A program made the translations under genes and the position numbers. Source: Somniosus microcephalus (taxonomy: Eukaryota). Taken from it: a DNA stretch of 64,000 nt. Under the pieces are notes generated by a model. That model did no database searches, was not told where the DNA came from, and saw nothing but the letters and a program-made list of their open reading frames with translations. The stretch is taken from contig CM126230.1 in the NCBI GenBank assembly GCA_052327205.1, positions 42,408,001-42,472,000 on the forward strand, in the 5' to 3' direction. Position 1 is the first letter of the stretch, and each line of letters begins with the position of its first letter. Positions 23,101 to 34,096 of the stretch are shown in pieces.

Positions 23101-26100
23101 ATCAGTCTTCAAGTACAGGAAACTTTGTTATATCCGGCACCGACGGGACCGAGCTGTTGCCGATCTATCAAAACTGCCAGACATACAAAGCTAATGTTGA
23201 AGCATACGGAGGTTTTCATCTCCGTATCTGACAACAAACACTGTTGCTTAGCAACAGCTTGTAAATAGTCGGCCCGTACCTTGGAAGCGTCTCTGTAGCT
23301 TAGCAACAGCTTCAGAGAGACTTTCCAGAGCCCGACTGTTGAAAACAAAGCCACGAGAAGAAAAAAAACGTAACAAAACGGCTCCTGATTTCTGCCGGTA
23401 GATCGAGGTTTCCGGACATACAACCTCCGGATAAACCAAAGTTTCCTGTAATTGCACTTTGTGTATATTTTTTAATGGCTGCACAGGGTTAATAGATGTT
23501 GTCATATTTTGGGGTTTACAAAACATTCTACTCTGAAAACTCCCCTCGTACCCAGCATGTCAATGCCAGGTTGCATGATACAGGAAACTTTCGATTTACC
23601 GGCACCTAAATAACCGGAAATCTCGGTTAACCGGCAAAATTCAGGAGTAGGTTTTACTTTAAATTGTATTTGCCTTCTTCCATCTGTGCTGTGCAAGGGT
23701 GTGGCTGCAGCTGTTGCTAAGCTACAGAGACGCTTGAAACTTGTGGGCATTGTTCTACAGTTGTTGCTAAGCAACAGGGTTTGTTGCTTTATACGGAGCT
23801 GTCAGCTCTTCCTATCTTTTACTGTAGCGTTCGGTTATCCGGAATTTTTGATGAACCGGCACCACGTCGGTCCCGTCTGTGCCGGATAAAAAAGTTTCCT
23901 GTACTAGATACATCTTGTTGCAGTATAGCTTTCTAACTTTTATGCGGTTTCTTTCCTTAACCCTTTAAGATCTATATTGTTGTACCTAATTTGTATTAGA
24001 ACGCATGTATTGCTCTGTCCTGTGTTTAAATGTGTAACTTGCAGGCTAGTTCATCAGGTGAGATCTGCACCGTTAACATCTATACTGGTGAATTCGTACT
24101 GCATTTTTAGGTTGTAGTGTCATTATTTGCAGAAGTTGCCACAGTTCTATTGAATGCAGTGTGCTCCGGGTGTAAACGTGTTCCGTTCCCGGAGCTGCAC
24201 CTCCGGGAAGATATATCAGCCTTGGAGGGGGAGCAGCGCAGATTCACCAGATTGTTACCGGGGCTAAAAGGGTTAAATTATGAGGACAGGTTGCACAGAC
24301 TGGGCTTTTATTCCCTGGAGTGTAAAAGATTAAGAGGTGATCTAATCGAGGTGTTTAAGATGATTAAAGGATTTGATGGGGTAGAGAGAGAAATTATTTC
24401 CTCTGGTGGGAGAGTCCAGAATAAGGGGGCGTAACATTAAAACTAGAGTTAAGCCGTTCAGGGGTGATGTCAGGAAGCACTTCTTTACACAAAGGGCAGT
24501 GGAAATCGGGAACACTCTCCCCAAAAAGCCAGAGGCTGGGGGTCAATTGGAGCTTTCAAGATGGATTTTTGTTGGGCAAGAGTATTAAGGGTTACGGAAC
24601 CAAGGCTGGTAAATGGAGTTGATACGTGATCTAATTGAATGGCGGAACAGGCTCGAGGGGCTGAATGGCTTCCTCCTGTTCCTATATATAAACTCGCTGC
24701 ATTTCTAATAGAGATGGGTTTGCTTGCAGGTAATTCAATTGATCCTATTGATTTGCTTGTGTTTCTGTTTTCAGCTTCTGGACTTGATGCACACACTCCA
24801 CACTCGAGCTGCCAGTATTTACAGCTCGTGGGCCGAGGAACAGCACCACCTGGAGTCAGCAGGAAAGAAAATTGAAGCGGATGCCAGGACGCTGTGGTCT
24901 CACTGCTGGTGTCCACTGTTGCAGGGTAAGTCCGTGCAGCAGGAGCGTAGAGAGATTGTTCAGATGTTGAATATGTCTTGTTAATAAGCGCATCTTCTGC
25001 TTTCCAAGAGGTGAGAAGAAACTGACCATTATTTGTATTTCTTTTCCACTTTCATTGATTCAGTGCATTTAAATACTGACATTCCTAAAAGCACCAGGTA
25101 TACCAGTGTGTAAACCAATCGCCCAATTATCCAGCCAAAATCAATCTGCAGACGGTTTCTGACTCGCGCATATAAGATGTCTCACTGACCGTCACAGCTC
25201 CCCCGGGATCGGGAAATTTGATTTTATGCTCGCTCGCTATTTCATTCCTGTCACTGCTGTGCACAGGCATGATGTGAGAAACTGGACTCCTGAGAACTTG
25301 GTGGGGGGGGGGGGGGGGGGCGGGCTGAAGAGTTCTCAATTGACAGAAAGTGGGAGCGGGAACAATATTCCACCTAATTTTAAATTTTGATGCGCGGTCC
25401 CTTTAACGGGCTGCGTGAGACTGGCAGACAGGCTGCGCGGCCACGCAGCTTAAGAGCAGACATTGGCCAGGAGCGGTCAGCGCCCCGTACTTTGTTTTTG
25501 GGATGTGAGCCACATTTATTTGGCCATCCTAGTTTCTCAAGAGGAGGTTCCCCACTGCTCTGAGCTCAGAGCTATATTACTCACCTTGTGTCCAAGCACA
25601 TACAGTAAGTTTTTAAATATGTATGCAAGTTTTATTAGGCACATAACATATTCTTACTGCAATGCTGAAATGGTGCAGGTCTGCTTACCGCTACTGGTCT
25701 CCCAGCACTTCACTCAGTTGAATTTGGGCTACTTGGCACTGAATGACACTACACAGTCGTGTTACTGTAAAGCCAAAATTGCTTTATGCTGGCAGAAACT
25801 GTAAGGTGCAACTGCAAGGGTAAATTCCACATTAATCTAAAATTCACACAGAGGTGTCTGGTAGGCTGATGCAGTCGGATGGTTCTCTTGTATTTCCCGT
25901 CAGTACTGCTCGATTCCCATGACTGGAAGAATGCCCAGTGTCGTGCCAAAATAACATTCATGCTCTGTATGCTCTATGATCTGCTTTATGTGCTGAGCAC
26001 GGGAGAGATCTCGAGGAGGAGCCATCAGTCCTGGAACTTGGGCTGCTCTTGGCGCTCATCATTTGCTTGAATAATCCTTAACCGTTCTGAAGAAGTTTTG

Positions 26101-29100
26101 CCTTTTCATGAGCTAGATTTTTGAACTGCTGTAGAATTAAACCTTCGTCTGTGCACTTTTTGATTTACATGGAGTTTACAATTGCAGTTCAAATTTAGAT
26201 TGTGGGAACAATGTGGGATGGGCTTGAAGTGCACCCTGCTCGGTCCTGAGGGCGCCCCTACAATCTCCATGGCGATGTGTAGATTAACAGAAAAATCGTG
26301 ATTGTGCTGAATTATTGCATTGAACAATGGCAGCAAGTACCTGTGCAAGAGTCCACGATAAAAGCATCTGTCGAGGGTTATTTTAAACATGCCTCTTACT
26401 CATCTCTGTACCTGTCTCTTCAGGCATTGCTTGGCTTTGTTGTGATGCCAGGCGTCAAGTCAGAATGCAAGCGCTCACTTACCTACAGAGGGCACTATTA
26501 GTGCATGATCTGCAAACACTGGATGCTTTAGAATGGGAATCCTGCTTTAACAAGGTATTGACCCACCCCACCTGCACCAAGTAGTTGAAAGTGTTAACTT
26601 TTTTAAAAGATTAAATTGAAACATAAACAAATTTGTTTTATGATGTTCCATGGCTGGTTTGCGTAGGTGTTGTTCCCACTACTGACCAAGCTCTTGGAGA
26701 ACATCAGCCCAGCTGATGTTGGAGGGATGGAAGAAACCAGAATGAGAGCTTCAACTCTGCTTTGCAAAGTGAGTTTGTCACCCACAATGTACCTTGTTTT
26801 GAGAGGAGGCTTTCAACCAACTGCAGCACCTGACACCCAGTGATTGATCAGATACGGTGCAATGTGGTTTGTGTGTTTGTCAGTATGTTTTATTATACTG
26901 ATAGAAAACCAGTGGCAGCTTTGAACAGTGTGCAGGTTGTTCAGTACTCGAGTTAATGCACACCGTGATATATGCTAACTCCATGTTGTGGCTCCCAGTG
27001 ATGTATTTGTTTACAGTTATGTAGTGCACGCAGCACTCTACACTGCAGAATGTTTGAGTTAGTGAGACTCACCAATGCTTTGGGGTAGTTTTTGGCAGCT
27101 AATTGTTTGCACTGTATGAATCAGATAAATGCTGAACTAGAAGCCCCATATGTAAACAAAATAGGCAGAAACCCTCATCGCATTTTAAAAAGTACTTGGA
27201 TATGCACTTGAAGTGCTAGAACCTGCAGGGCTACGGACCAAGAGCTGGAAAGTGGGATTCGGCCGGCACAGACACGACTGGCTGAATGGCCTCCTGTGCC
27301 GTAAATTTCTATGATTGTATAACCACATTGAGCTGAAAATAAGCTAGTTGGGCTGGGAAAGTCTACCCCGTTCTGTTATTTCCAGCTGAGTTCCAACCTT
27401 TGCAGTTAAAGAAATCTACTTTCTGCCAATTTTAATTTCCACTGACCAACCAATGACTGAAAATCAAATACACATTTAAAAAAAAAAAAAAAAACGACTT
27501 TAGATATTAGTCATTCGGGGATTTTATTTTTGTACCAAAACTGAGCTTTAGGGTGTTGCAAGTGCCTGGCTCTGCATATTTTCTCGGATCATAATAGTGT
27601 AATTTTGCATTAATTGGCTATTAAATATGTATATAGAAATTGTGTGCAGTATGGTTGCATGTTATGCTATTGACTGGAGCATTTTCCTATTTAAAAAAAG
27701 GACTGTTTTGTGCATTTTCTGCCAGAGAGAATATATTTCAATCTGTGCAGGTCCAATTGTGCCCGTATGAAATTGTATATCATGTGGATGATGTGCCTGG
27801 GAAGTCCCTCAGTTGTCATTCATTAAAGTAGAGACTGCCATTCTCATAAGGTTCAAGTATCAGATGGTACTACTTGATCCCAGAGTTATTCTGTTCTGGT
27901 TGCAGAGGTGGCCGGCGCATTTGTCTTGTATCATTTTTCTTTGGACTGTTTTGAGAACATTGACTTTCTGTTGTAAAGGTTTTCCTTTTCTGCCCCCCGA
28001 AGGTTTTCCTCCAACATTTGTCTCCACTGTTATCTCTGCCGACATTTACTGCTCTTTGGTTAACGATCCTGGACTTCATGGACAAATACATGCATGCGGG
28101 ATCCAGTGACTTACTGGTAGGAAAAACGTATTAGAATTTGTACAACGTTTGCACAAAACTTAACTCAAAAATGATATTTCTCATGAGAAGCTGGTCTTAA
28201 TTCTTTCCATGATCTCATAGACAATTTGAGAATTTTAAAATTAATTGTCTGGTGGTTTATCTCAGTATTTTCTCATGGCCTCGTCTCCTCCCTATCTCTG
28301 TAACCTCCTACAACCCTCCGAGATCTCTGCGCTCCTCCAATTCTGGCCTCTTGTGCATCCCCGATTTTAATCGCCCCACCATTGGCAGCCGTGCCTTCAA
28401 CTGCCTGGTCCCTCAGCTCTGGAATTCCCTCCCTAAACCTCTCCGCCTCTTTCTCCCACCCACCACCACCTCCCGCTCCTTAAAATCTACCTCTTTGACC
28501 AAGCTTTTGGTCACCTGTCCTAATCATCTCCCTTCGATATGATAAAGATGGAGCTTATTACCCAAGTCTCTATCAAATCCATATAATTACAATATGTATC
28601 AACGCATTAATGTTACTTTTAACTCTTGTGTTTGTTATGCTGCAAACCAGTGACACTGTGAATGCTGCATCCATCTGATAGTGTGCTTTGGGTGTCAGTT
28701 GCCTGGTCTGTAATTGAAGCCTCAGAATTAGTACTAAATAGGCTTAATTTTTAAAAGGGCTTTGTAGAAATTATTGGAAATGTTATTCGTTTAATTCCAA
28801 AGTTAATAAATTACAGTTCAGCAATTTGATGGCATTAGGTGTTTGAAGATGGCACTTGGACAGATTAAAGGAATTGATTACATTGGACTCTCCAGTCTCA
28901 ACTTCTGATTTAATTGGTTTCCTTCATACCATCGTAAGCTTCAGTAACCCATTGGATGCCAAAAGCAATTAACTGAGTAGATGATGTGCCAGAGATTTCC
29001 TTGAAAAGCATTCGAGAAACTGGCACGAACACACACAGCTAATCTGTACACACACACTTAAGTTTGAACTTTATAGTAATTTAAATCCCCGCAGTCTGGA

Positions 29101-32100
29101 TCTCACAAGCACTGGTTTCATTATACGGCCCTTGCAGCTTCGAGCAACCACTGTTCCTAGTACGATGCTACAAAGAATTGTTTCTTAAACAAGTTTACAC
29201 AGTTGATAGGTTTACAGAAGCAGGATAAGATGTTACAGGTGATCCTGAAACAAATTATTTACATATCTTTAATTTTAAAAAGGAAGTACATTTAGTGTTG
29301 TTCATCGAGATGTCTCCAGGGCATTTATTTACAGCATGAGCGTGCAGGTTTGTCTTTGTGGGCCTCTTGATTGCATTTATTGAGTAGATTGGGCCTATAC
29401 TCTCCGGAGTTTAGAAGAATGAGAAAAGATCTCAATGAAACATGTAAGATTCTGAGGGGGATTGACAGATGCTGAGAGACTGTTTCTCCTAGCTGGAGAG
29501 TCCAGAACTAGGGGGCATAGTCTCAGGATAAGGGGTTGGCCATTTAGGACTGAGATGAGGAGGAATTTCTTCACTGAGGGTGGTGAATCTTTGGAATTCT
29601 CTACTCCAAAGGGCTGTGGATGCTCAGTCGTTGAGTATATTCAAGGTGGAGATAGACAGATTTTTGGACTCATGGGGAATCAAGATATGGGTATCCAGTG
29701 GGAAAGTGGAGTTGAAGTCGAAGATCAGCCATGATCTTATTGAATGGCGGAGCAGGCTCGAGGGGCCGTATGGCTTGCTCCTGCTCCCAATTCGTTTGCC
29801 GGCTGGCCTTTGGGCTGCATATAAAGTTAAATTAATGATCCCATTAACTGGCATATATTTCCAGTGTTGATACCAAAGATCTTGGTGTTCTGATTTAGGA
29901 TGTATCCACTAACGAGGCAACAACACTGAACAAATTTTTCCAAACCAATTGACCCATGAAATTGAAACAGAAGAACCCAGCAGTGTGATCAGTTTTGCAC
30001 TGTTTTAGTACAGAGCCTGCACAGATACTCCATCTTCTGTAATGTAAACTACGGTTCCAATGAGAGAGAAATATAAGCACATATACAACTGAATTGCCTT
30101 GGGATTGGGAGCTGAAATTAGTTCACTGGCCATAGTTTGGACACCCCGGTGCAGAGCGTGTTGGAGACATCTGCTCAGCGAGCAATAGTGAATTCCAGTT
30201 GCCATTGTGGAATTTGCCATCAGAAATTCTAACGCTTGCAGTGGCTTTTTTTCATCTCAATGTGGTATGCTGATAATTTCTTTCCTGTTCAGTTGGAAGC
30301 AATTCCAGAATCATTGAAGAACATGCTGCTGGTTATGGATACGGCTGGCATTTTCCACTGTGCTGAATCGAGGACTGGTTATTCCCAGCTTTGGGAGATT
30401 ACGTGGGAGAGAATCGATTGCTTCTTGCCGCGACTGAAGGATGAACTCTTTAAACAAACAGTTATCCAAGGTAAAAAAAAAACTGTTCACCTCTCAAATT
30501 TGCTATTTAGGCCCAAGATGTGTATATTTTACGTTCCTGTGTCCCACTTGCACATAAATTCAACACAAAAATATTAATGAGAATATCATTCCTGAATGCA
30601 GATGTTTCGGAAATGATGATTAAATTGTCACGCTGCATTCCCTGCAGTGCCAATAAGAACTAGGCCTCCAATATGACCACAATCCTAAAGTGACAAAGGA
30701 ATGTTGGCATTAATTGCCCAGCTCCTTTAGTGATCAGTCTAAAAGGACTGATTCACAGTTGTGAGTGCGGAAAATATATTGGACTGAAATCTCCTAAAAC
30801 AGCGTAACCAACAAGTTACGTCCAAGTTTATGCCGATCTTGACGTTGGCTACATATGCTAATGAGATTCTCAGGAAATGTTAGCATATCAGAAATCAGTG
30901 TAAACGATCAGGGCCCAGGAAAGCGGTAAACTTGCATCATTTTCCTTCTTTAAGCCCCTTTATATATAAATAAAAGTTTATCAAATCATTATTTAGGCAC
31001 AGCATGTTCAAGAAAATGTAATCGTGGAAGTTTTTCGATTTTTAATACAACTTGCTCTGCTGTGATGAAGTTACATTGCAAGATACAGAAAATATTGAAG
31101 CTCTTCCCATTTAAAAAAAAAAACCCCAAAAATATGACCAATGCCTGCTGCGCCTAATATACAGCCCACTCAGAACTGGCGCAAATGCAGGAATCTTGCT
31201 TTCTTTGGTCTTTTGCATGGGGCGGAGTTATGTTTGGCAGAAGTTTCATTGAATTGGTGTAAAACATGAGGAAACTCAGGTGCAGTAAAAACTGGTGGAA
31301 GTCACTTGCGCCCGAATTTCGTTAATCTTTGTGCCAATAATTGGAATTACGCCATTGTTTCGGCGCAAGCTTTGAGACGATTGTCGTTGGTGTGCAGCAG
31401 TAGCTTGTTTTGGATGTGTGTGGTCACTGTAGCATAGTCGTCCAAAACTTCAGAGTAGGAATTTTCTAACTAACTTTAAAAAAAACTTTTGGTTTTTAAT
31501 TTTGTTTTATTTCCGGTCACACTATAAACTGAGGTAGAATTAGACAATAGCAAAAGTTCCATTAACCGTGTTAGCTGTGGCTCAGTGGGCAGCACTCTTG
31601 TCTCCAAGTCAGAAGGTTGTGGGTTCAAGTCCCACGCCAGAGACTTGAGCACATAATCTAGGCTGGCGCTCCCAGTGCAGTACTGACGGAGTGCTGCACT
31701 GTCGGAGGTGTTGGCTTTCTGATGTGATGTTAAACTGAGGCCTCAGGTGAATTTAAAAGATCCAATGACACTTCAAAGATCTTGCTGTGCGCAAATTGGC
31801 TGCCACGTTTCTCACCATTACAAGTGACTACACTTCAAAACTACTTCATTGGCTAGAAAGTGCTTTGAGATGTCCTGAGGTTGTGAATGGCGCTATATAA
31901 ATGCAAGTTCTTTATTTCCTGCAATCTGAATTAATTTAGTTTGTTTAATTAATAAAGTGGAGTTCTGTGCACAAGTATATGAATTTTGTTTGATTCGTAG
32001 CCAGACAAGAATCAAATCTGTAACTACTGGTCTTGGATTGATAGCTCTGGTATAAAAGGAGCCTAAAAGATTTTGACTCCAAAATAAATGTGTATCTTTG

Positions 32101-34096
32101 TAGGAAAATGACAACTGGATTTTATCTTGTAGATCCTGTCCTCGGTCCACCAGTGGAGCCAGCTTCTCCAAATTCAATGCAGCATGTTGGCAGTGCACAA
32201 GCATCTATACTCCCAGGCTCAGAAGCAAATCCATCCAGTCACGTAACTGCATCAGAAAACCTCGCTGAGGCTAGTGCCAAAGGTGAGTTTGAGCTATTCA
32301 GTTCAGTAACTTTGTCAGGCTGGCAGAACTTTAATGCCCAAAGTCCTATGCTATCTTTCTACATTTTAAAAATGAGCCATAATTGGATTTTAGATTCGGT
32401 ATCGGTCAGCATTATGGTTTACGTCCTGGAAGTAGTCAAACTTTCCTGCATTTTTCCATTCATCTAAAGCTTTCCATTGCTGATTTTGCTGCTCCCAGTA
32501 CAACAAGTGTCAGCTTGGTTCAGTAGTCACCTCGAGTTGGGAGGTTGTGGGCTCAAGTCTCAGTCCAGGACTTGAGCACATAATCACAGCTGACAGTGCA
32601 GTCATGGGTTGTCGGAAGTGCCGTCTTTCAGATGAGACATTAAACTGAAACCCATGTAAGATCCTTTGTATGCTGCCAAATTTATTAACATTTCAGCCTA
32701 AGGTGCTTGGCGCATGATTGCCCCTGAATCAAACTGTCACGTCCTTTCTCCGGTTCCAGAAATGTTGCAGGCAAAGTTGCTAACACCTGTCAATCTACTA
32801 GAAAACTGTTTCTTGTACCTGCACTAAATTCACATTTGTGCCAACAGTAAATTGTAATGAGATTAATCCTGTATGTAAATACAATTTAAAATAATTCACA
32901 TTTTGCAAGTCTTCCTATGTCTATAACACTGGGTTAAGTATGCACAGACTCTCCTGCAATTTAAACTAAACGAGAGCTAACGTAAAGGTGCCTTTAACCC
33001 TTGGCATCCCCAGGCGAGGGAACAAATCAACTAAGGCTCTCGCGCCTGATCGCTATTTACTAATTCCTGCAGGAAAGAGCATGTGTGGACTGTGATGCTT
33101 TCCGTGGTCAAACAGATGGGGTAGAGTTTCCGCTAGGGCGCAATCCGCCAAACCAATGCAAAAGATCGAGGAATTTCAAGCGCAAGTTACGTCCAGCGCA
33201 GAGTTTCCGCGTTCTTTTACACTGGTTTAAAAAACATCATGCTGGAAATCTGCCCATTTGCTGGTCTTCGAGGAGGCTCTTTCAAAAATTAGTAAGTATT
33301 TAATTTACTAAGAAACTGATTAGTGTACACCCATGAAACTACTAAATGGTTCTGTATAGTTTTTTTTTTGTCATTTTCGATTACTCACAGGTGTTGGACT
33401 AGACATTAAAAATGCTTTTTTTTTTTGATAAACCCATTTTCAGCTGTATTAATAAAACTGCACCAGGTTACCACTGCCCAATTGCGCTGGTTAATAGAAG
33501 ATTTTAACTATAACTTGACTTTGAAATACTGGCACAATTTTGGCCCAGATTGCCCCCAAAGCGGAAACTCTGTACATGAAGAATGGCCATTACCCGTGGA
33601 ACTATTCACCAGGAAGAGTCAGTATCTTCGGGGTTGGGAAGTTTCAAAATCCAGTCCCTGCAATGTGACAGAGAATTGAATAAAGAAAAAAATACTTTGT
33701 GTGTGTTATGTCTATTTTAACTTGCTCAGTATTGCTTCTAGTTGGAAGGATTTTCTCACTGTCCAGAAACTGTAAAATATTAAATTTATTATTGGCTTGA
33801 CTTTTATTTTACCCCCCCCAGATACTGAAAACGTACGAGTTGGAGGGACTCCCAGCCTTACTCCAATAGCAACTCCGATCTCTACACCAGTGAAGATGAG
33901 TGTTGGGCCAGACGTTAATCAGTCACTCGCTCAGTCTCCATTAATTCTGCACCCTCTTACTTCTTCACTACAAATTGGTGTTCCATCCATGCCTTTACCC
34001 ATCATACTAAATCCAGCTCTAATCGAAGCTACATCTCCTGTCCCATTGTTGTCCACACCCCGGCCTGCCAACACCACTGTATCCGAGGTGAACTAA
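1977..34096 (+). CDS. GBF1: GBF1, Golgi brefeldin A-resistant Arf-GEF, 3' part (HDS region and Pro-rich C-terminus); join(1977..2100,3695..3766,4243..4337,4814..4967,7568..7793,12082..12242,14510..14756,17344..17540,24775..24925,26424..26554,26667..26768,28003..28116,30293..30470,32133..32282,33822..34096)
   Basis: 15 exons bounded by AG/GT with consistent phases give one open frame of about 790 aa. It runs GESTVLSFVSWLTLSG...QCDPEKLITESKFLQLESLQELMK...DRGYTSDSEVY...LPIILNPALIEATSPVPLL...SEVN*, matching the recalled vertebrate GBF1 C-terminal half. Confidence 0.97.
3049..3472 (+). mobile_element. tRNA-derived Deu-domain SINE (SacSINE1/AmnSINE1-related) with L2-like tail
   Basis: B-box ggttcaagtccc, Deu-type core gtctttcggatgagacattaaaccgagg...gatcccatggcact, tail ggcgctatataaatgcaagt. 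Confidence 0.75.
3695..3766 (+). CDS. GBF1: GBF1 exon (QCDPEKLITESKFLQLESLQELMK)
   Basis: ttccag| and |gtattt; 72 nt, phase 0/0. Confidence 0.95.
4243..4337 (+). CDS. GBF1: GBF1 exon (ALISVTPDEETYDEEDAAFCLEMLLRIVLEN)
   Basis: caccag| and |gtacat; 95 nt. Confidence 0.95.
4814..4967 (+). CDS. GBF1: GBF1 exon (DRVSCVWQTVRDHLYHL...RREEISPQ)
   Basis: ctaaag| and |gtacgc; 154 nt; not in the ORF track, translated by hand. Confidence 0.95.
5097..5915. mobile_element. Non-autonomous PIF/Harbinger-like DNA transposon, copy 1
   Basis: TIRs gggcgcgatcttgcca / tggcaaaatccaaccc; colinear with the copy at 54530-55269. Confidence 0.75.
6685..6824. mobile_element. hAT-like MITE
   Basis: TIRs caatgttcc / ggaaccttg and a perfect 8-bp TSD tgcagaag (6677-6684, 6825-6832); relatives at about 6106-6235 and 25363-25465. 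Confidence 0.75.
7568..7793 (+). CDS. GBF1: GBF1 exon (VLLSLRVLLMLKP...DSHDA)
   Basis: tttcag| and |gttaga; 226 nt. Confidence 0.95.
8134..9826 (-). mobile_element. 5'-truncated, frameshifted LINE (CR1/L2 group, distinct from CR1 proper), RT and 3' end
   Basis: ORF fragments QFGFRQDHS, ALDIKAAFDRVWH, GVPQGSVLGPTIFSCFINDL, MFADD, YKAQDRSVMEY; A-rich tail. Same family as 55577-57895, with short pieces at about 7258-7375 and 43895-44140. Confidence 0.88.
11141..11353 (+). mobile_element. Palindromic Penelope-like short element with a hammerhead ribozyme core
   Basis: Inverted repeat with arms of about 80 bp, 15-bp TSD attcactgtacatca (11126-11140, 11354-11368), CTGACGA-stem-GAAACGTT at 11222-11250. 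Confidence 0.75.
12082..12242 (+). CDS. GBF1: GBF1 exon (GAQSDSEIASY...DRGYTSDSEVY...SGWLV)
   Basis: ttaaag| and |gtgagt; 161 nt. Confidence 0.95.
14510..14756 (+). CDS. GBF1: GBF1 exon (VGRDDLD...FVEANLNG)
   Basis: ttgcag| and |gtaagt; 247 nt. Confidence 0.95.
15568..16805 (+). mobile_element. 5'-truncated RTE-clade LINE (decayed RT, C-terminal Cys/His motif)
   Basis: TGVKQGRVIAPTLFSIF, ELQYADDA, HFPYLGS, TKLMVYKA...LLYASET, CPTCDRDSRSRIGLISHLRTH; (AAG)n tail at 16795-16805. Confidence 0.88.
17344..17540 (+). CDS. GBF1: GBF1 exon (GYKTHERKSK...SDDDEDDSVPASYHTVSLQ[VSQD])
   Basis: ttgcag|; two in-frame donors, after 17528 (gttagt) and after 17540 (gtaagt). Confidence 0.93.
18292..21242 (-). 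pseudogene. CR1 ORF2 (AP endonuclease and reverse transcriptase), broken by a 1-bp deletion (about 19591) and a CAA>TAA stop (19189-19191)
   Basis: YLNARSI, AITETWL, MGDFN, SDH (endonuclease); KSPGPDG, NYRPV, YLDFQKAFDKVPH, GVPQGSVLGP, KFADD (RT). Confidence 0.92.
21281..22234 (-). CDS. CR1 ORF1 protein: zinc finger, leucine zipper and SGNH esterase, 317 aa, uninterrupted
   Basis: CYCC...CDKC, heptad LEELKFHVMELETELQTL, SGNH blocks GDS, PGA, HVGTND and DRLH. Confidence 0.88.
   Translation of the reverse strand: MEQVMCYCCEMWEPVNPIEAHGDYICDKCLLLEELKFHVMELETELQTLRHIREGEKFLDSIFQEMVTPMKLITADVVRGQGQDGVTTSEEGTGIQDVVLKETQPLFLSSRIEVLTPCEGGSGDCREDEQPGHSTVVQGAIQVEGVKRNVVVVGDSIIRGIDRVLCSQERESRRLCCLPGARVKDISSGLERNLEWEGEDPVVVVHVGTNDVDRTRKTVLLKQYEQLGVKLKNRTSRVIISGLLPEPRANLARINKIKELNAWLKDWCGRNGFCFLGHLSQYWCQRELFCWDRLHLASAGTRVLANHITRAVERALN
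23116..23448. mobile_element. Tc1/mariner-pogo-like MITE, copy A
   Basis: TA|caggaaacttt...aaagtttcctg|TA. Confidence 0.75.
23581..23901. mobile_element. Tc1/mariner-pogo-like MITE, copy B (inverted relative to A)
   Basis: TA|caggaaacttt...aaagtttcctg|TA; internal blocks are reverse complements of copy A. Confidence 0.75.
24190..24690 (+). mobile_element. CR1 3' fragment
   Basis: LEGEQRRFTRLLPGLKGLNYEDRL...RLRGDLIEVFK and the CR1 3' UTR motif. Confidence 0.85.
24775..24925 (+). CDS. GBF1: GBF1 exon (LLDLMHTLHTRAASIYSSW...WCPLLQ)
   Basis: tttcag| and |gtaagt; 151 nt. Confidence 0.96.
26424..26554 (+). CDS. GBF1: GBF1 exon (GIAWLCCDARRQVRMQALTYLQRALL...WESCFNK)
   Basis: cttcag| and |gtattg; 131 nt. 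Confidence 0.96.
26667..26768 (+). CDS. GBF1: GBF1 exon (VLFPLLTKLLENISPADVGGMEETRMRASTLLCK)
   Basis: gcgtag| and |gtgagt; 102 nt. Confidence 0.96.
28003..28116 (+). CDS. GBF1: GBF1 exon (VFLQHLSPLLSLPTFTALWLTILDFMDKYMHAGSSDLL)
   Basis: ccgaag| and |gtagga; 114 nt. Confidence 0.94.
29380..29790 (+). mobile_element. CR1 3' fragment
   Basis: GESRTRGHSLRIRG.PFRTEMRRNFF and 3' UTR gatcagccatgatcttattgaatggcggagcaggctcgagggg. Confidence 0.85.
30293..30470 (+). CDS. GBF1: GBF1 exon (LEAIPESLKNMLLVMDTAG...ELFKQTVIQ)
   Basis: gttcag| and |gtaaaa; 178 nt. Confidence 0.95.
31568..31916 (+). mobile_element. tRNA-derived Deu-type SINE, internally deleted
   Basis: A-box tggctcagtgg, B-box ggttcaagtccc, same body and tail as the 3049 copy. 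More copies at about 32510-32660, 36825-37105, 52290-52603(-) and 63805-64000(-). Confidence 0.75.
32133..32282 (+). CDS. GBF1: GBF1 exon (DPVLGPPVEPASP...AEASAK), low-conservation linker
   Basis: ttgtag| and |gtgagt; 150 nt, phase 1/1, joins the flanking exons in frame. Confidence 0.85.
33118..33575. mobile_element. Degenerate MITE (possibly Harbinger-like)
   Basis: agagtttccgct (33123-33134) and agcggaaactct (33560-33571) are inverted repeats. Confidence 0.45.
33822..34096 (+). CDS. GBF1: GBF1 terminal coding exon (DTENVRVGG...TVSEVN*)
   Basis: ccccag|; TAA at 34094-34096; conserved LPIILNPALIEATSPVPLL motif. Confidence 0.95.

Noticed and set aside
30780-31390. CpG-richer MITE-like segment
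   Set aside because: I could not define convincing TIRs or a TSD.
31575-31635. tRNA genes at A/B-box sites (also about 3060, 50890-50945 and 55586)
   Set aside because: No complete cloverleaf; where flanks are recognisable they continue into SINE or LINE bodies.
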